DNA of 64,000 nt, from positions 5,664,001-5,728,000 of the forward strand of contig OZ242320.1 of assembly GCA_965208125.1 (NCBI GenBank), read 5' to 3'. This DNA comes from Candidatus Latescibacterota bacterium. Lineage in GTDB: Bacteria > Latescibacterota > UBA2968. Every line of letters begins with the position of its first letter. Positions within the stretch are counted from its first letter, which is position 1. Positions 40,477-48,898 of this stretch are shown here, in pieces. The translations under genes and the position numbers were made by a program. Under the pieces are notes generated by a model. It made no database searches. It saw only the letters and a program-made list of their open reading frames with translations, and was not told where the DNA came from.

Positions 40477-40788
40477 ATGAGTATTTTTCGGAGAGGACGG
40501 CCCAGCCGACAAAAACCGCCCAATAGACCTGGGATATACCGGTTTAGAAACAAGCTAACAGGAGAAGTTGATTATATCGGCGAAGCTGTAGATATAGCAC
40601 GCAGGATAGTTACCCATCTTCGATCACCCAAACCCGTATCGCGTGACACCCACTATGTCGAATGGCAGGCAGCAGACCGCAGAAGCACATCGAGAACTCG
40701 CCGAGAACATGAGCGAGCTAAAATTAACAAACACAAGCCGCGGCTGAACAAGCGAGGCGGCGGTGGCGGCCGAAGAGCCAACCGATAA
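40477..40788 (+). CDS. Small stand-alone GIY-YIG nuclease
   Basis: RBS CAGGAGGT; PGIYRF....GEVDYIGEA.DI.RRI..H, then E...I....P.LN; very basic. Confidence 0.85.
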   Translation: MSIFRRGRPSRQKPPNRPGIYRFRNKLTGEVDYIGEAVDIARRIVTHLRSPKPVSRDTHYVEWQAADRRSTSRTRREHERAKINKHKPRLNKRGGGGGRRANR

Positions 40789-40848
40789 TCGCATCACGAC
40801 TGATGCTCCGACACTTTTTGGAAACTTAGACTGAAAGGAGGTGATTCT

Positions 40849-40944
40849 GTGTTTACATTGCTAAAGATATGCGTGCCTGTCGTGGTTGCGCTGGCTTTCG
40901 AGGTGGTCGAAAATTGGTCGGACATCACGAAAGATAAGCGGTAG
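40849..40944 (+). CDS. 31-aa hydrophobic peptide MFTLLKICVPVVVALAFEVVENWSDITKDKR, Fst/Ldr-like type I toxin candidate
   Basis: Not in the ORF track. Perfect SD AAAGGAGGTGA at 40834-40844, GTG start, Pro + hydrophobic helix, Trp, charged tail, then a strong hairpin. Confidence 0.65.
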   Translation: MFTLLKICVPVVVALAFEVVENWSDITKDKR

Positions 40945-40952
40945 CGGCAGTA

Positions 40953-40987
40953 TCAGGGATGGGGAATCTATTTTCCCCGTCCCCTGA
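40953..40987. terminator. GC-rich stem-loop after the small peptide gene
   Basis: TCAGGGATGGGGAA-TCTATT-TTCCCCGTCCCCTGA inverted repeat. No U-tract on +; a short one (CTTT) precedes rather than follows it on -, so termination is uncertain. Confidence 0.55.
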
Positions 40988-41140
40988 AAGAATTTCTTGA
41001 CAACCTGATGTGTTGTTTGAAAATTTGAAAACAGGCCGACCTATTCCAAAGTGCAGAAGGTTGGATATTCCAAAAATTTGTCAACTTCAAGCGTTTCAGA
41101 TGAGCCTGAACGCTTTCACCAACTTATGAGAAAGCATGGC
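40983..41140 (+). repeat. Conserved ~150-bp leader, copy 2
   Basis: Homologous to 36842-36996; ends at the ATPase start codon. Confidence 0.8.
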
Positions 41141-42953
41141 TATTACATCTATCACCATCGAAAACTTCAAGGGCATTGGCGATGCCGTGACGGTTCCTAT
41201 CCGTCCCATCACCTTGTTATTTGGCAAAAACAACGCGGGTAAGTCAACGGTACTACAGGCGTTGCACTATATGCGCGAAGTATGTGAACATGCAGGAGCC
41301 GATCCAGATCGCACACACATGGGTGGAGACTATATTGACCTGGGTGGTTTTCGTTCTCTGGTGCATCTTCATGAGTTGAATCGGAAAATTCGGATCCGAA
41401 TTGAATTTGACCTGACATCCGAAGAATCGAAAATTTTGAATCGAATTTTGGAACATGTGACCAATCCGGATTCCGCGTGGATAGAAGTGGTAACAAGTTG
41501 GAATGCAGAAGAACATAATGTTTATACTGAGTCATACGGATATGGACTTAATGGAACCGAGTGGTTGTATCTCAGGCTACTAAAAGAAAGACCCGAAGAA
41601 AAACCCAGCGATATGATTGTCTTAAATGGTACAGAATGGCAGCGATTAAATAATACTGCGTTTCTAAATATTAATCACCCGGACATTAAGGAGACAATAG
41701 CAGATGATTATCAAAAAAAAATAAATCCTGACATACTGCGCCGGTTGCCGGAAATTGCACTCAAAGAATTGCGTAATATACGATATTTGGGACCCATGCG
41801 AAAAATTCCCCCACGCGATTATCGCCCGCAACAAACGCCCGAAGAATCGCTATGGGCAGAGGGATTAGAGGCCTGGAATACACTTGGAAGAGATCCTCAA
41901 TTGGTGAAAAAAATAAACCGCTATATGCAAGATGTTTTGAAAATGGGATGTAGTATTAGCCGGCAGGAAATCATCTCGCTTGATGAGGATGGCGAGATCA
42001 TGAAAAATCTAAAAAAAATTAGCAACTCTAAAGACTTCAATGTTGATGAGTTAAAAAAACAAGTTTATGATCCACTCGAACAATTACCCCGCCAAATTAG
42101 AATGAAACTCTATAATAAAGAAAATGCTATCGACTTGGATTCCGCAGATGTTGGTCTGGGTATTCCCCAAGTTATTCCAGTTTTGGTGGGTGCTTTGCAC
42201 AGCGGCCGACCAGATCCTAAGCGGTTTTATTTGACTAAACCACCGGGAGGTTTTTTTGCGGTTGAACAGCCAGAACTTCACTTGCACCCCGCCGCTCAAG
42301 TGGCTTTGGGTGATGTGTTTATAGACTGCATAAAATACAACCGTGATCATCCTATTCGAGTGGCTTTAGAAAGGATTATAGAATTTATAGAAAATAGCGA
42401 TACCGAGATTGTGGCCTTCAAAGAGTTCATTGAGAGTATGGGAGAAAACTGCGATCATCCGGATATTCAAGAGGAAGCGAATAAGATCATCGCTAATCTA
42501 AAAAGCAGCAATTATCCGGATATTCGAGAGGCTTTCGTCAGATTCATTGAAAGTATAAGAGAGAACCGCGATCATCCGGATATTCAAGCAGCTATCGAAG
42601 AATACATGAAAAAAATACAAAATCGTAATCCTGATATTCAAGTAGCTTTTGAGGAGTTCTCTGATAGTAGAAAAAACAGTAGCTATCGCACCATGCTCAT
42701 TGAAACACATTCTGAGCACTTGCTATTGCGATTGCTACGACGTGTGCGTGAAACAACCCGTCGTAGCAGACGCCAGACCACCGAGTTAGAACAGACAGTT
42801 CACGAATTGACACCTAATGATCTTTCTGTGGTCTATGTTCGACCCACGCCAGCAGGAGTTAAATTCACTCCACTCACTGTAACGAATGATGGTGATTTTG
42901 ATGCACCATGGCCAGAAGGCTTTTTCGAAGAACGTGATTCGGAGTGGTATTAA
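41136..42953 (+). CDS. ABC/AAA_15-21-type ATPase with DUF3696-like tail, copy 2
   Basis: GKNNAGKS, DVGLGIPQ, FAVEQPELHLHP, IETHSEH, DGDF...WPEGFF. Shares GDAVT.PIRPITLLFGKN and VDELKKQVYDPL with copy 1. Confidence 0.88.
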   Translation: MAITSITIENFKGIGDAVTVPIRPITLLFGKNNAGKSTVLQALHYMREVCEHAGADPDRTHMGGDYIDLGGFRSLVHLHELNRKIRIRIEFDLTSEESKILNRILEHVTNPDSAWIEVVTSWNAEEHNVYTESYGYGLNGTEWLYLRLLKERPEEKPSDMIVLNGTEWQRLNNTAFLNINHPDIKETIADDYQKKINPDILRRLPEIALKELRNIRYLGPMRKIPPRDYRPQQTPEESLWAEGLEAWNTLGRDPQLVKKINRYMQDVLKMGCSISRQEIISLDEDGEIMKNLKKISNSKDFNVDELKKQVYDPLEQLPRQIRMKLYNKENAIDLDSADVGLGIPQVIPVLVGALHSGRPDPKRFYLTKPPGGFFAVEQPELHLHPAAQVALGDVFIDCIKYNRDHPIRVALERIIEFIENSDTEIVAFKEFIESMGENCDHPDIQEEANKIIANLKSSNYPDIREAFVRFIESIRENRDHPDIQAAIEEYMKKIQNRNPDIQVAFEEFSDSRKNSSYRTMLIETHSEHLLLRLLRRVRETTRRSRRQTTELEQTVHELTPNDLSVVYVRPTPAGVKFTPLTVTNDGDFDAPWPEGFFEERDSEWY

Positions 42954-42955
42954 TT

Positions 42956-43963
42956 ATGCTGAGTATTTTTGCTATTGATCCCAAAATATGTGAAAATTTG
43001 GAGTGGTTTCGATATTGCACAGAGCACTGCCAGCCATCACAAGGACGTGTAATTGCAGATTTGCCATCCGGCCAGTGGTATGAAAGTGCAAATGCGATTC
43101 TTGATCAACACGTCCAAGAGCTTAATCTTCCCCCCATCAAAGTACGCAGTTTGAAAAGCTGCCTGAATATGGTGCGAGACCAACTGGTAGATCGACCAGG
43201 AACTGAGCAGACGAACTGGTATGATATTTCACAATTTTCTTGGATTACCGAAGTAGAGAAAGAGCATCAGCGAGAACGTTTTTCTGCTGTCATCAGCCCT
43301 GATTACGAGGGAACTGATGACACGGAGCTAAAGTATCATCCTGACGGTCTCAATAGAAGTGTAGAAGCATGGAATACGCCCAGTGGCATTGCAATCACGC
43401 GCAGTCCTGGAGAATTTGTAAATGCCATTTTGCCAATGCTTCGGGTTACATCGAATATTCATTTTGTAGATGGATATTTTAACGTGGACGCTAATAGCTT
43501 GTTTACCGAAAATTATCAACAGATTATTGAAGACTTAGCCAAACACCGTAACACACCAGATTATCCTTTTCCAGAACTGACAATTCATTGCTGCCCAGAT
43601 CCAGATGAAATGACTGAGAAAGGTAAAAGAAATATTAAAAAGGGCCTTGAAAAGCATTATGCGGATTTAATACCAAGGGGGAAGTCTGTAACGGTTTTTG
43701 CGTGGCAGATAGAGGAAGATGTAGAAATAAAAAAAGGTAACCACCCTTTCCACAATCGCTATGTGCTGACTAAACATTGCGGCGTAATCGTGGGATATGG
43801 TACGGATAGTGCAAAAGCACCAACTGATGCACCAGACATCCTTCAGATTGTTGACCATGAAATATTTCTGAACTTGTGGAATCAAATTCAGGATGAGGAA
43901 TTTCCTATGCTCTGCATTAAGAAGGAAAATAAGTTTGTGATTAATGGTACTAAAGGTCCATGA
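42956..43963 (+). CDS. Hypothetical protein with PLD/MIT_C-like FHNRYV motif, copy 2
   Basis: Starts 2 nt after the ATPase stop; FAIDP, IHFVDGY, FHNRYVLTKHCGVIVGYGTD parallel copy 1. Confidence 0.7.
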   Translation: MLSIFAIDPKICENLEWFRYCTEHCQPSQGRVIADLPSGQWYESANAILDQHVQELNLPPIKVRSLKSCLNMVRDQLVDRPGTEQTNWYDISQFSWITEVEKEHQRERFSAVISPDYEGTDDTELKYHPDGLNRSVEAWNTPSGIAITRSPGEFVNAILPMLRVTSNIHFVDGYFNVDANSLFTENYQQIIEDLAKHRNTPDYPFPELTIHCCPDPDEMTEKGKRNIKKGLEKHYADLIPRGKSVTVFAWQIEEDVEIKKGNHPFHNRYVLTKHCGVIVGYGTDSAKAPTDAPDILQIVDHEIFLNLWNQIQDEEFPMLCIKKENKFVINGTKGP

Positions 43964-44151
43964 TTAAAGGCGTATAATACGATACCACAAAAAAGAGACT
44001 CATCACGAACAATGGGCGGTAAATGTTCGAGGCAAGTCAAAGGTGTTGCATGCACTACGCTATTACCACGCAATTTGTAATAACGAATTGTGGCCTTGAT
44101 CCCGAGGAGGCTCATAGTTAGATTCAATGGTGATTCCCAAGAGGATGAGAC

Positions 44152-45363
44152 ATGAGCGATAACTACCACAACTATCAGTTGCTATTGGCAAAAGTAGCCC
44201 AACTTTACGAGAGGCATGGGATCGGACTTCCGGACCCATTCAATGTCTTCTCTTCGCTGAAAAATAAAAATGGGTACCTGAACGAGACTCTGCATTCACG
44301 GTTTCTTTGTGCACTGTTTGACTATAAGAAGCCGGGATATGAAACCAGAGAGAATCTGAAGGACTTCTTGCTACATATTGGCGTAAAGGATTTTGAACTA
44401 TGTGGTGTAAGGGTCGAGCCGGAGTGCGACGGCATCGACATCCGAATCACCAACGCTAACAAAAAGGCGCTGGCGATTGAAAACAAAAGCAATCCTAAGC
44501 GCGGGGATGAAGATAAGCAACTATGGAGGTGTTATCATACATTGAAAGGTCAGGGTTACAGAGACATAAAACTGCTGTACCTGACACCTGACGGCCATAA
44601 GCCTTCCGACAATAGCGTTGGTAATCTTGACCACAAGCGTATTAAATGCATTTCCTACGAGGGTCTTATTCCTTGGTTAGAAAGTTGCCAAGAACGCGAC
44701 GAAAACGAAACCGCGTTGCAGGATGCAGTCGCGCAATACCTACAGCTTGTCCGAGAGTTGGCAGGCACAGACGGCAGGGGGAAATATATGAGCGATTTAA
44801 AGGAACTTTGTCGGGAGGATAACAACTTTGTTCTTATCCGTGATTTGAGAGATGCTATACGTGAAGTAGAGAAAGAATTGCGAAAGGAAATATGGGACAA
44901 AATAGAATGTGAGCTAAAATCGAAAATTCAATACTTTCCTCCCGATAAAAAACGATATAAACAGGATAATAAGGGCCTATGCTACCAGTTGAGTGAATCC
45001 ACCTCGCTCGAGGTTGTAGGCGACCCCACCATCTGGTTCGGGGTCCGTTGTTCTAAAAAGAAGTATAAAGACAAATATGACACGCTCAAAAATGCACTGG
45101 AGGATGTGAATGGTGAAAAACCACACGATGATTATCCTTTTTGGCAAAAGGTCGATAGATTGGAGGACCTCTCGCTGCTATTGAAAGATGCTGAGCGGCA
45201 GAAATATGCAAAAGAAACCGCACAGAAAATCGTCGAAAAAGGTTTGAAAGAAGTCTGGGAAGTTCTTGAAGACTTAGCTCTGGTGAATGCAATCAAAGAA
45301 GGAGAAAAAACAGAGCTTGTCCCCGAAGAACAGATATTTGAGATATTAGAAAGGATATCTTGA
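44152..45363 (+). CDS. PD-(D/E)XK nuclease (PDDEXK_4-like) with C-terminal antitoxin-like tail
   Basis: FNVF, ETLHSRFL..L, IDIRI......LAIENK, QL.R.Y, LYLTPDG..PS; tail LEDLALVNAIKEGEKTELVPEEQIFEIL. Confidence 0.82.
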   Translation: MSDNYHNYQLLLAKVAQLYERHGIGLPDPFNVFSSLKNKNGYLNETLHSRFLCALFDYKKPGYETRENLKDFLLHIGVKDFELCGVRVEPECDGIDIRITNANKKALAIENKSNPKRGDEDKQLWRCYHTLKGQGYRDIKLLYLTPDGHKPSDNSVGNLDHKRIKCISYEGLIPWLESCQERDENETALQDAVAQYLQLVRELAGTDGRGKYMSDLKELCREDNNFVLIRDLRDAIREVEKELRKEIWDKIECELKSKIQYFPPDKKRYKQDNKGLCYQLSESTSLEVVGDPTIWFGVRCSKKKYKDKYDTLKNALEDVNGEKPHDDYPFWQKVDRLEDLSLLLKDAERQKYAKETAQKIVEKGLKEVWEVLEDLALVNAIKEGEKTELVPEEQIFEILERIS

Positions 45364-45366
45364 ATT

Positions 45367-45633
45367 TTGAAAGTCCTATTCAGAAACAGTTTTGGAAGAG
45401 ATCTCAGACGTATCCGAAATCGATCTATTGGAGAGCGCGTCAAGGAAGCGATAGAGCAAGTCAAGGAAGCAAGCGATCTTACAGAGATCAGTAATGTCCG
45501 AAAACTCCGTGGCGGCAGAAACCATTACCGCGTTCGGACCGGCGACTATAGGATTGGATTTCAATTCAACGAGGGCACCGTAATTTTCGTACGATGTTTG
45601 CCGCGCCGAGATTTTTACCAACACTTTCCCTGA
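45367..45633 (+). CDS. RelE/ParE-family type II toxin
   Basis: 88 aa, basic; F..SF.RDL, KLRG....YRVRTGDYRIG, RRDFY..FP. Confidence 0.9.
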   Translation: MKVLFRNSFGRDLRRIRNRSIGERVKEAIEQVKEASDLTEISNVRKLRGGRNHYRVRTGDYRIGFQFNEGTVIFVRCLPRRDFYQHFP

Positions 45634-45736
45634 CCACCTCGCCTACCAAATGCTCAAGTTCCTCCTGCATCTATTGCCCGCATCCGTCCCCTTCTATACC
45701 AATCCCCACTTCCACTTCTCAATCCATAATCGCCTT

Positions 45737-47269
45737 TTATCTGCGTCCATCTGCGTAATCTGCGGATCCAAACGCCTTTTGCAAATACGTCAGATCGAGT
45801 TCGGGATAAACCGGGAATCGCTCGAGAAGATTGGCGATCCTCTGTTGGGCGTCTTCGAGCACACCATCCTGAATCCTGTATTGGACCTTGCTAAACTGGC
45901 CCGCACTTCTGCCCTTCGTGAACTTCAATGGCCGTGCATGGGTAAGCACATTGCCCATGACTGCGCCGATCTCTCGCATCTCATCTGAACCCATGCCAAG
46001 CGTCGTAAGCGCCGGTGTCCCCACCCTGAGACCACTGGTGTACCATGGACCGTTGGGATCAAAGGGAATGGTATTTCTATTCAGCGTAATCCCGGCATCG
46101 CGAAGCAGGGTTTCGGCCTGGCGACCCGTGAGATTAAAGGGGGTAACGTCGATTCGAAGCAGGTGATTGTCAGTACCCCCTGTGAGTACCGCGAGACCCG
46201 CGTCTATACACGCCTGTGCGAGAACCTGGGCATTATCGACAATACTGGCGGCATAAGCCCGAAATTCAGGCTTACTCGCCTCCTCAAACGCGACAGCTTT
46301 GGCTGCCATCACATGGGGCAGTGGACCACCGAGCACCATTGGGCAGCCTTTATCGACCTGTTCGGCAAATTCTTCCGTACACAAAACCATACCTCCCCTG
46401 GGGCCGCGCAGGGTCTTGTGTGTGGTTGTCGAAACGACATGGGCATGGGCAACCGGATCAAAATCACCTGCAAAAACTTTACCGGCCACCAATCCGGCAA
46501 AATGCGCCATATCCACCATAAAAACAGCCCCCACTTCATCGGCGATTTCCCGGAAAATGCGGAAATTAATTTTGCGCGGATAAGCACTATAACCCGCTAA
46601 AAGAATCAAAGGTTTGACGGTTTTGGCCTGGTCGCGGATTTCATCGTAGTCGATCAGGCCAGATTCTTTATTTACGGAGTACTCATGCGCCTCAAACATG
46701 CGCCCGGACACATTGATGCGATAGCCGTGCGTGAGATGTCCCCCGGATGAAAGATCCAGTCCCAGAAGCTTTTGATTGCCCAATTGTTTGCGAAGCGCGT
46801 CCCATGCTTCAGCCGAGAGATCAAATGGCGATTTTTTCCCCATTTTTTCGAGTGCAACATCTTGAACGCGCTCCGAAAGAATCGCCCAAAAAGCGACCAT
46901 ATTGGCATCTGCGCCCGAATGGGGTTGAACATAAGCGTGATCTGCACCAAAGAGATCGCACGCCAGTTTTACAGCCTGACTTTCAATCGCATCTACATTG
47001 TCACAACCGGCGTAAAAGCGGTGATCGGGAATCCCCTCGGCGTATTTGTCAGTCAGCAAATTGCCCATAGCCAGTTGCGTGGGCAAAGAACAATAATTCT
47101 CGCTCGCAATCATCTTGAGATTCGAACGCTGGTCGGCCAACTCGCTCACGATATTTTTCGCCACATCGGGCGATACGGAGGCAACTTGCTCCAGCGCGGC
47201 CAAATAGGCGACAAAACCGGGATTTGGAGTGGGATTTTGAGACAGATAGTCGGCAAGAGGGCTGGACAT
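45737..47269 (-). CDS. glyA: Serine hydroxymethyltransferase
   Basis: [50 protein letters not shown]. Start at 47269 with RBS AGGAGA. Confidence 0.97.
   Translation of the reverse strand: MSSPLADYLSQNPTPNPGFVAYLAALEQVASVSPDVAKNIVSELADQRSNLKMIASENYCSLPTQLAMGNLLTDKYAEGIPDHRFYAGCDNVDAIESQAVKLACDLFGADHAYVQPHSGADANMVAFWAILSERVQDVALEKMGKKSPFDLSAEAWDALRKQLGNQKLLGLDLSSGGHLTHGYRINVSGRMFEAHEYSVNKESGLIDYDEIRDQAKTVKPLILLAGYSAYPRKINFRIFREIADEVGAVFMVDMAHFAGLVAGKVFAGDFDPVAHAHVVSTTTHKTLRGPRGGMVLCTEEFAEQVDKGCPMVLGGPLPHVMAAKAVAFEEASKPEFRAYAASIVDNAQVLAQACIDAGLAVLTGGTDNHLLRIDVTPFNLTGRQAETLLRDAGITLNRNTIPFDPNGPWYTSGLRVGTPALTTLGMGSDEMREIGAVMGNVLTHARPLKFTKGRSAGQFSKVQYRIQDGVLEDAQQRIANLLERFPVYPELDLTYLQKAFGSADYADGRR
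45739..45767 (+). repeat. 29-bp direct repeat, right copy, overlapping the glyA 3' end
   Basis: ATCTGCGTCCATCTGCGTAATCTGCGGAT. Confidence 0.8.
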
Positions 47270-47297
47270 GGGAATTCTCCTCGTGTTTGCCCGATAC

Positions 47298-47339
47298 AAA
47301 AATAGCCCGGGCTGTGTGTGGATTTTCATAAGCCCAGGC
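47298..47339 (-). terminator. Riboswitch expression-platform terminator
   Basis: On - strand GCCTGGGCT...AGCCCGGGC-TATTTTT; the 5' arm overlaps the aptamer's 3' pseudoknot hairpin. Confidence 0.8.
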
Positions 47340-47413
47340 GATCGGCTATCGGATGAAGAGCACTGCGCTTCCCCGTGGTCGATTCCACGTTTACTCGCCA
47401 GTCACGCAGGTCC
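47332..47413 (-). ncRNA. ZMP/ZTP (pfl) riboswitch
   Basis: Minus strand GGACCTGCGTGACTGGCGAGTAAACGTGGAATCGACCACGGGGAAGCGCAG...GCCGATCGCCTGGGC. Has GACUGGCG, the GUGG/CCAC stem, GGGAAG and CGCCUGGGC hallmarks, and lies upstream of glyA. Confidence 0.93.
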
Positions 47414-47425
47414 TTGTCGATAATC

Positions 47426-47453
47426 AATATACAGAATTGCAGACCAAAGTCAA
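47426..47453 (-). promoter_or_regulatory. Putative sigma70 promoter for riboswitch-glyA
   Basis: TTGACT-16 bp-TATATT on - strand, 12 nt before the aptamer. Confidence 0.6.
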
Positions 47454-47460
47454 CGGTTTG

Positions 47461-48888
47461 TCAGGACGTGAAAAAACGCCAGCCCCACAGAATAAGGGGA
47501 TATCCCGCAACAAAAATGACACGCGCAATAATACCCTCTATTGACGTATCGTGGAGATGCGGAGACAACACCACAAAAACAACCGCCCCCGCAACACATA
47601 TTTTTCCCAAACGCCCGTACTCGTAGGGAACCGGATAAAACCGACGCACGATAAGATAAAGCAAAACCGCCATCAAAACATGCGCGATAAGCGTACTATA
47701 AGCAGCGGCAATAAATCCAATTTTGGGCAAAAGCAAAATATTGATAGCGATATTCACACACGCACCTGTCCCCACAATAAACGGCAAAGACCCCGCACGA
47801 CCTTCGGCATATACACCCGCAGTGAGAATGATATAAAGACCGTAAAAGAAAAATGCCAGCCCCACCAGCGGCACAACCCGTATGCCTTCGAGATAAGCCT
47901 GTGCATTGTCGCCAGCAATCAGAACGATAATTTCGCGTGCAAAAGTGGCTAAAATCAGACAGCCAAAAATGCCGAACAGCGTGAAATACGTGGTGACACG
48001 CGCACACATCTGCCGCGTGTCGTCCTCTGTATTTTCATCCTCGGTTTCGTCGAGCACGGCAGGTGCCCAGGCCGAGCGAAACGCTTTAACCACAAAAAAG
48101 ATAGGCAGACCGAGTTTATAGGTAATACCGTAAATACCCAGTTCGTCGAGATCTAAAAAAAATCGGATTAGAAAGCGGTCAGACAGACTAATGATGAGAA
48201 AGGAAAAGGCTGAGGGCACAAACGGCAGGCCAAAACGCAGAAGCTCGCGCAACGCGCGCACATCAAAAGTCGGATGAATCAAGCGCAGACCTACGGGAAA
48301 CATGACAATAAGTGCAAAGAGAGAACTGATGAGATTGGCTTCAAAAACCGCGATTGGCCCGCGTCCGAGAATTGCAATAAAATAAGCGGTAAGACCGAGT
48401 TGTAGCGAGTGTTGAATCACCCGCACAATCGCATAGTGAAAGGATCTCTGACGAGCGCGACAAAGCGTGAAAAGGGGTTCTGAAAGCGCGTCCAAAAGGA
48501 CAACGGCGGCAATAAGTTCGAAGATCGCACTGTAATCCGAACTGCCCAAAAGATGATGTGCGAGACTGCCGGCATTGGTCCAGACCAGACTCGACAGAAT
48601 AACACCTGTGGCAAACAGCGCCCAAAATGCGGAGCTAAATGCGGCGCGGTGTTTGCCGAGATCGGTCTTGCCAGATAAGAGGCGGATCAGCGCAGGATTG
48701 AGACCGAGAGAATAAAAAACCGCGCTAAATCCGATAAATGCAAATGCCAGGGACAAAATGCCATTATCAGCAGGCGTGAGATGTCTGGCATAGATGGGTA
48801 CGAGCAAAATGGACACTGCGCGACCGAGCAGATCGCCCATGCCATAGACTGCCGTGTGTTGCGCGAGGGATTTGATTCGAGAGAACAT
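47461..48888 (-). CDS. Oligosaccharide/polysaccharide flippase (Wzx/MOP superfamily)
   Basis: TAVYG...LL.R....LLVPIYAR.LTP.D.G; LLRFGLPF.P; SDRF.I; GIYG..YKL; about 14 TM helices. Confidence 0.88.
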   Translation of the reverse strand: MFSRIKSLAQHTAVYGMGDLLGRAVSILLVPIYARHLTPADNGILSLAFAFIGFSAVFYSLGLNPALIRLLSGKTDLGKHRAAFSSAFWALFATGVILSSLVWTNAGSLAHHLLGSSDYSAIFELIAAVVLLDALSEPLFTLCRARQRSFHYAIVRVIQHSLQLGLTAYFIAILGRGPIAVFEANLISSLFALIVMFPVGLRLIHPTFDVRALRELLRFGLPFVPSAFSFLIISLSDRFLIRFFLDLDELGIYGITYKLGLPIFFVVKAFRSAWAPAVLDETEDENTEDDTRQMCARVTTYFTLFGIFGCLILATFAREIIVLIAGDNAQAYLEGIRVVPLVGLAFFFYGLYIILTAGVYAEGRAGSLPFIVGTGACVNIAINILLLPKIGFIAAAYSTLIAHVLMAVLLYLIVRRFYPVPYEYGRLGKICVAGAVVFVVLSPHLHDTSIEGIIARVIFVAGYPLILWGWRFFTS

Positions 48889-48898
48889 AGTTGATCGC

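Noticed and set aside
36842-41140. Retron or DGR interpretation of the structured leader and of hypervariable loops
   Set aside because: No reverse transcriptase in the window, and variation is not visibly adenine-specific and includes indels.
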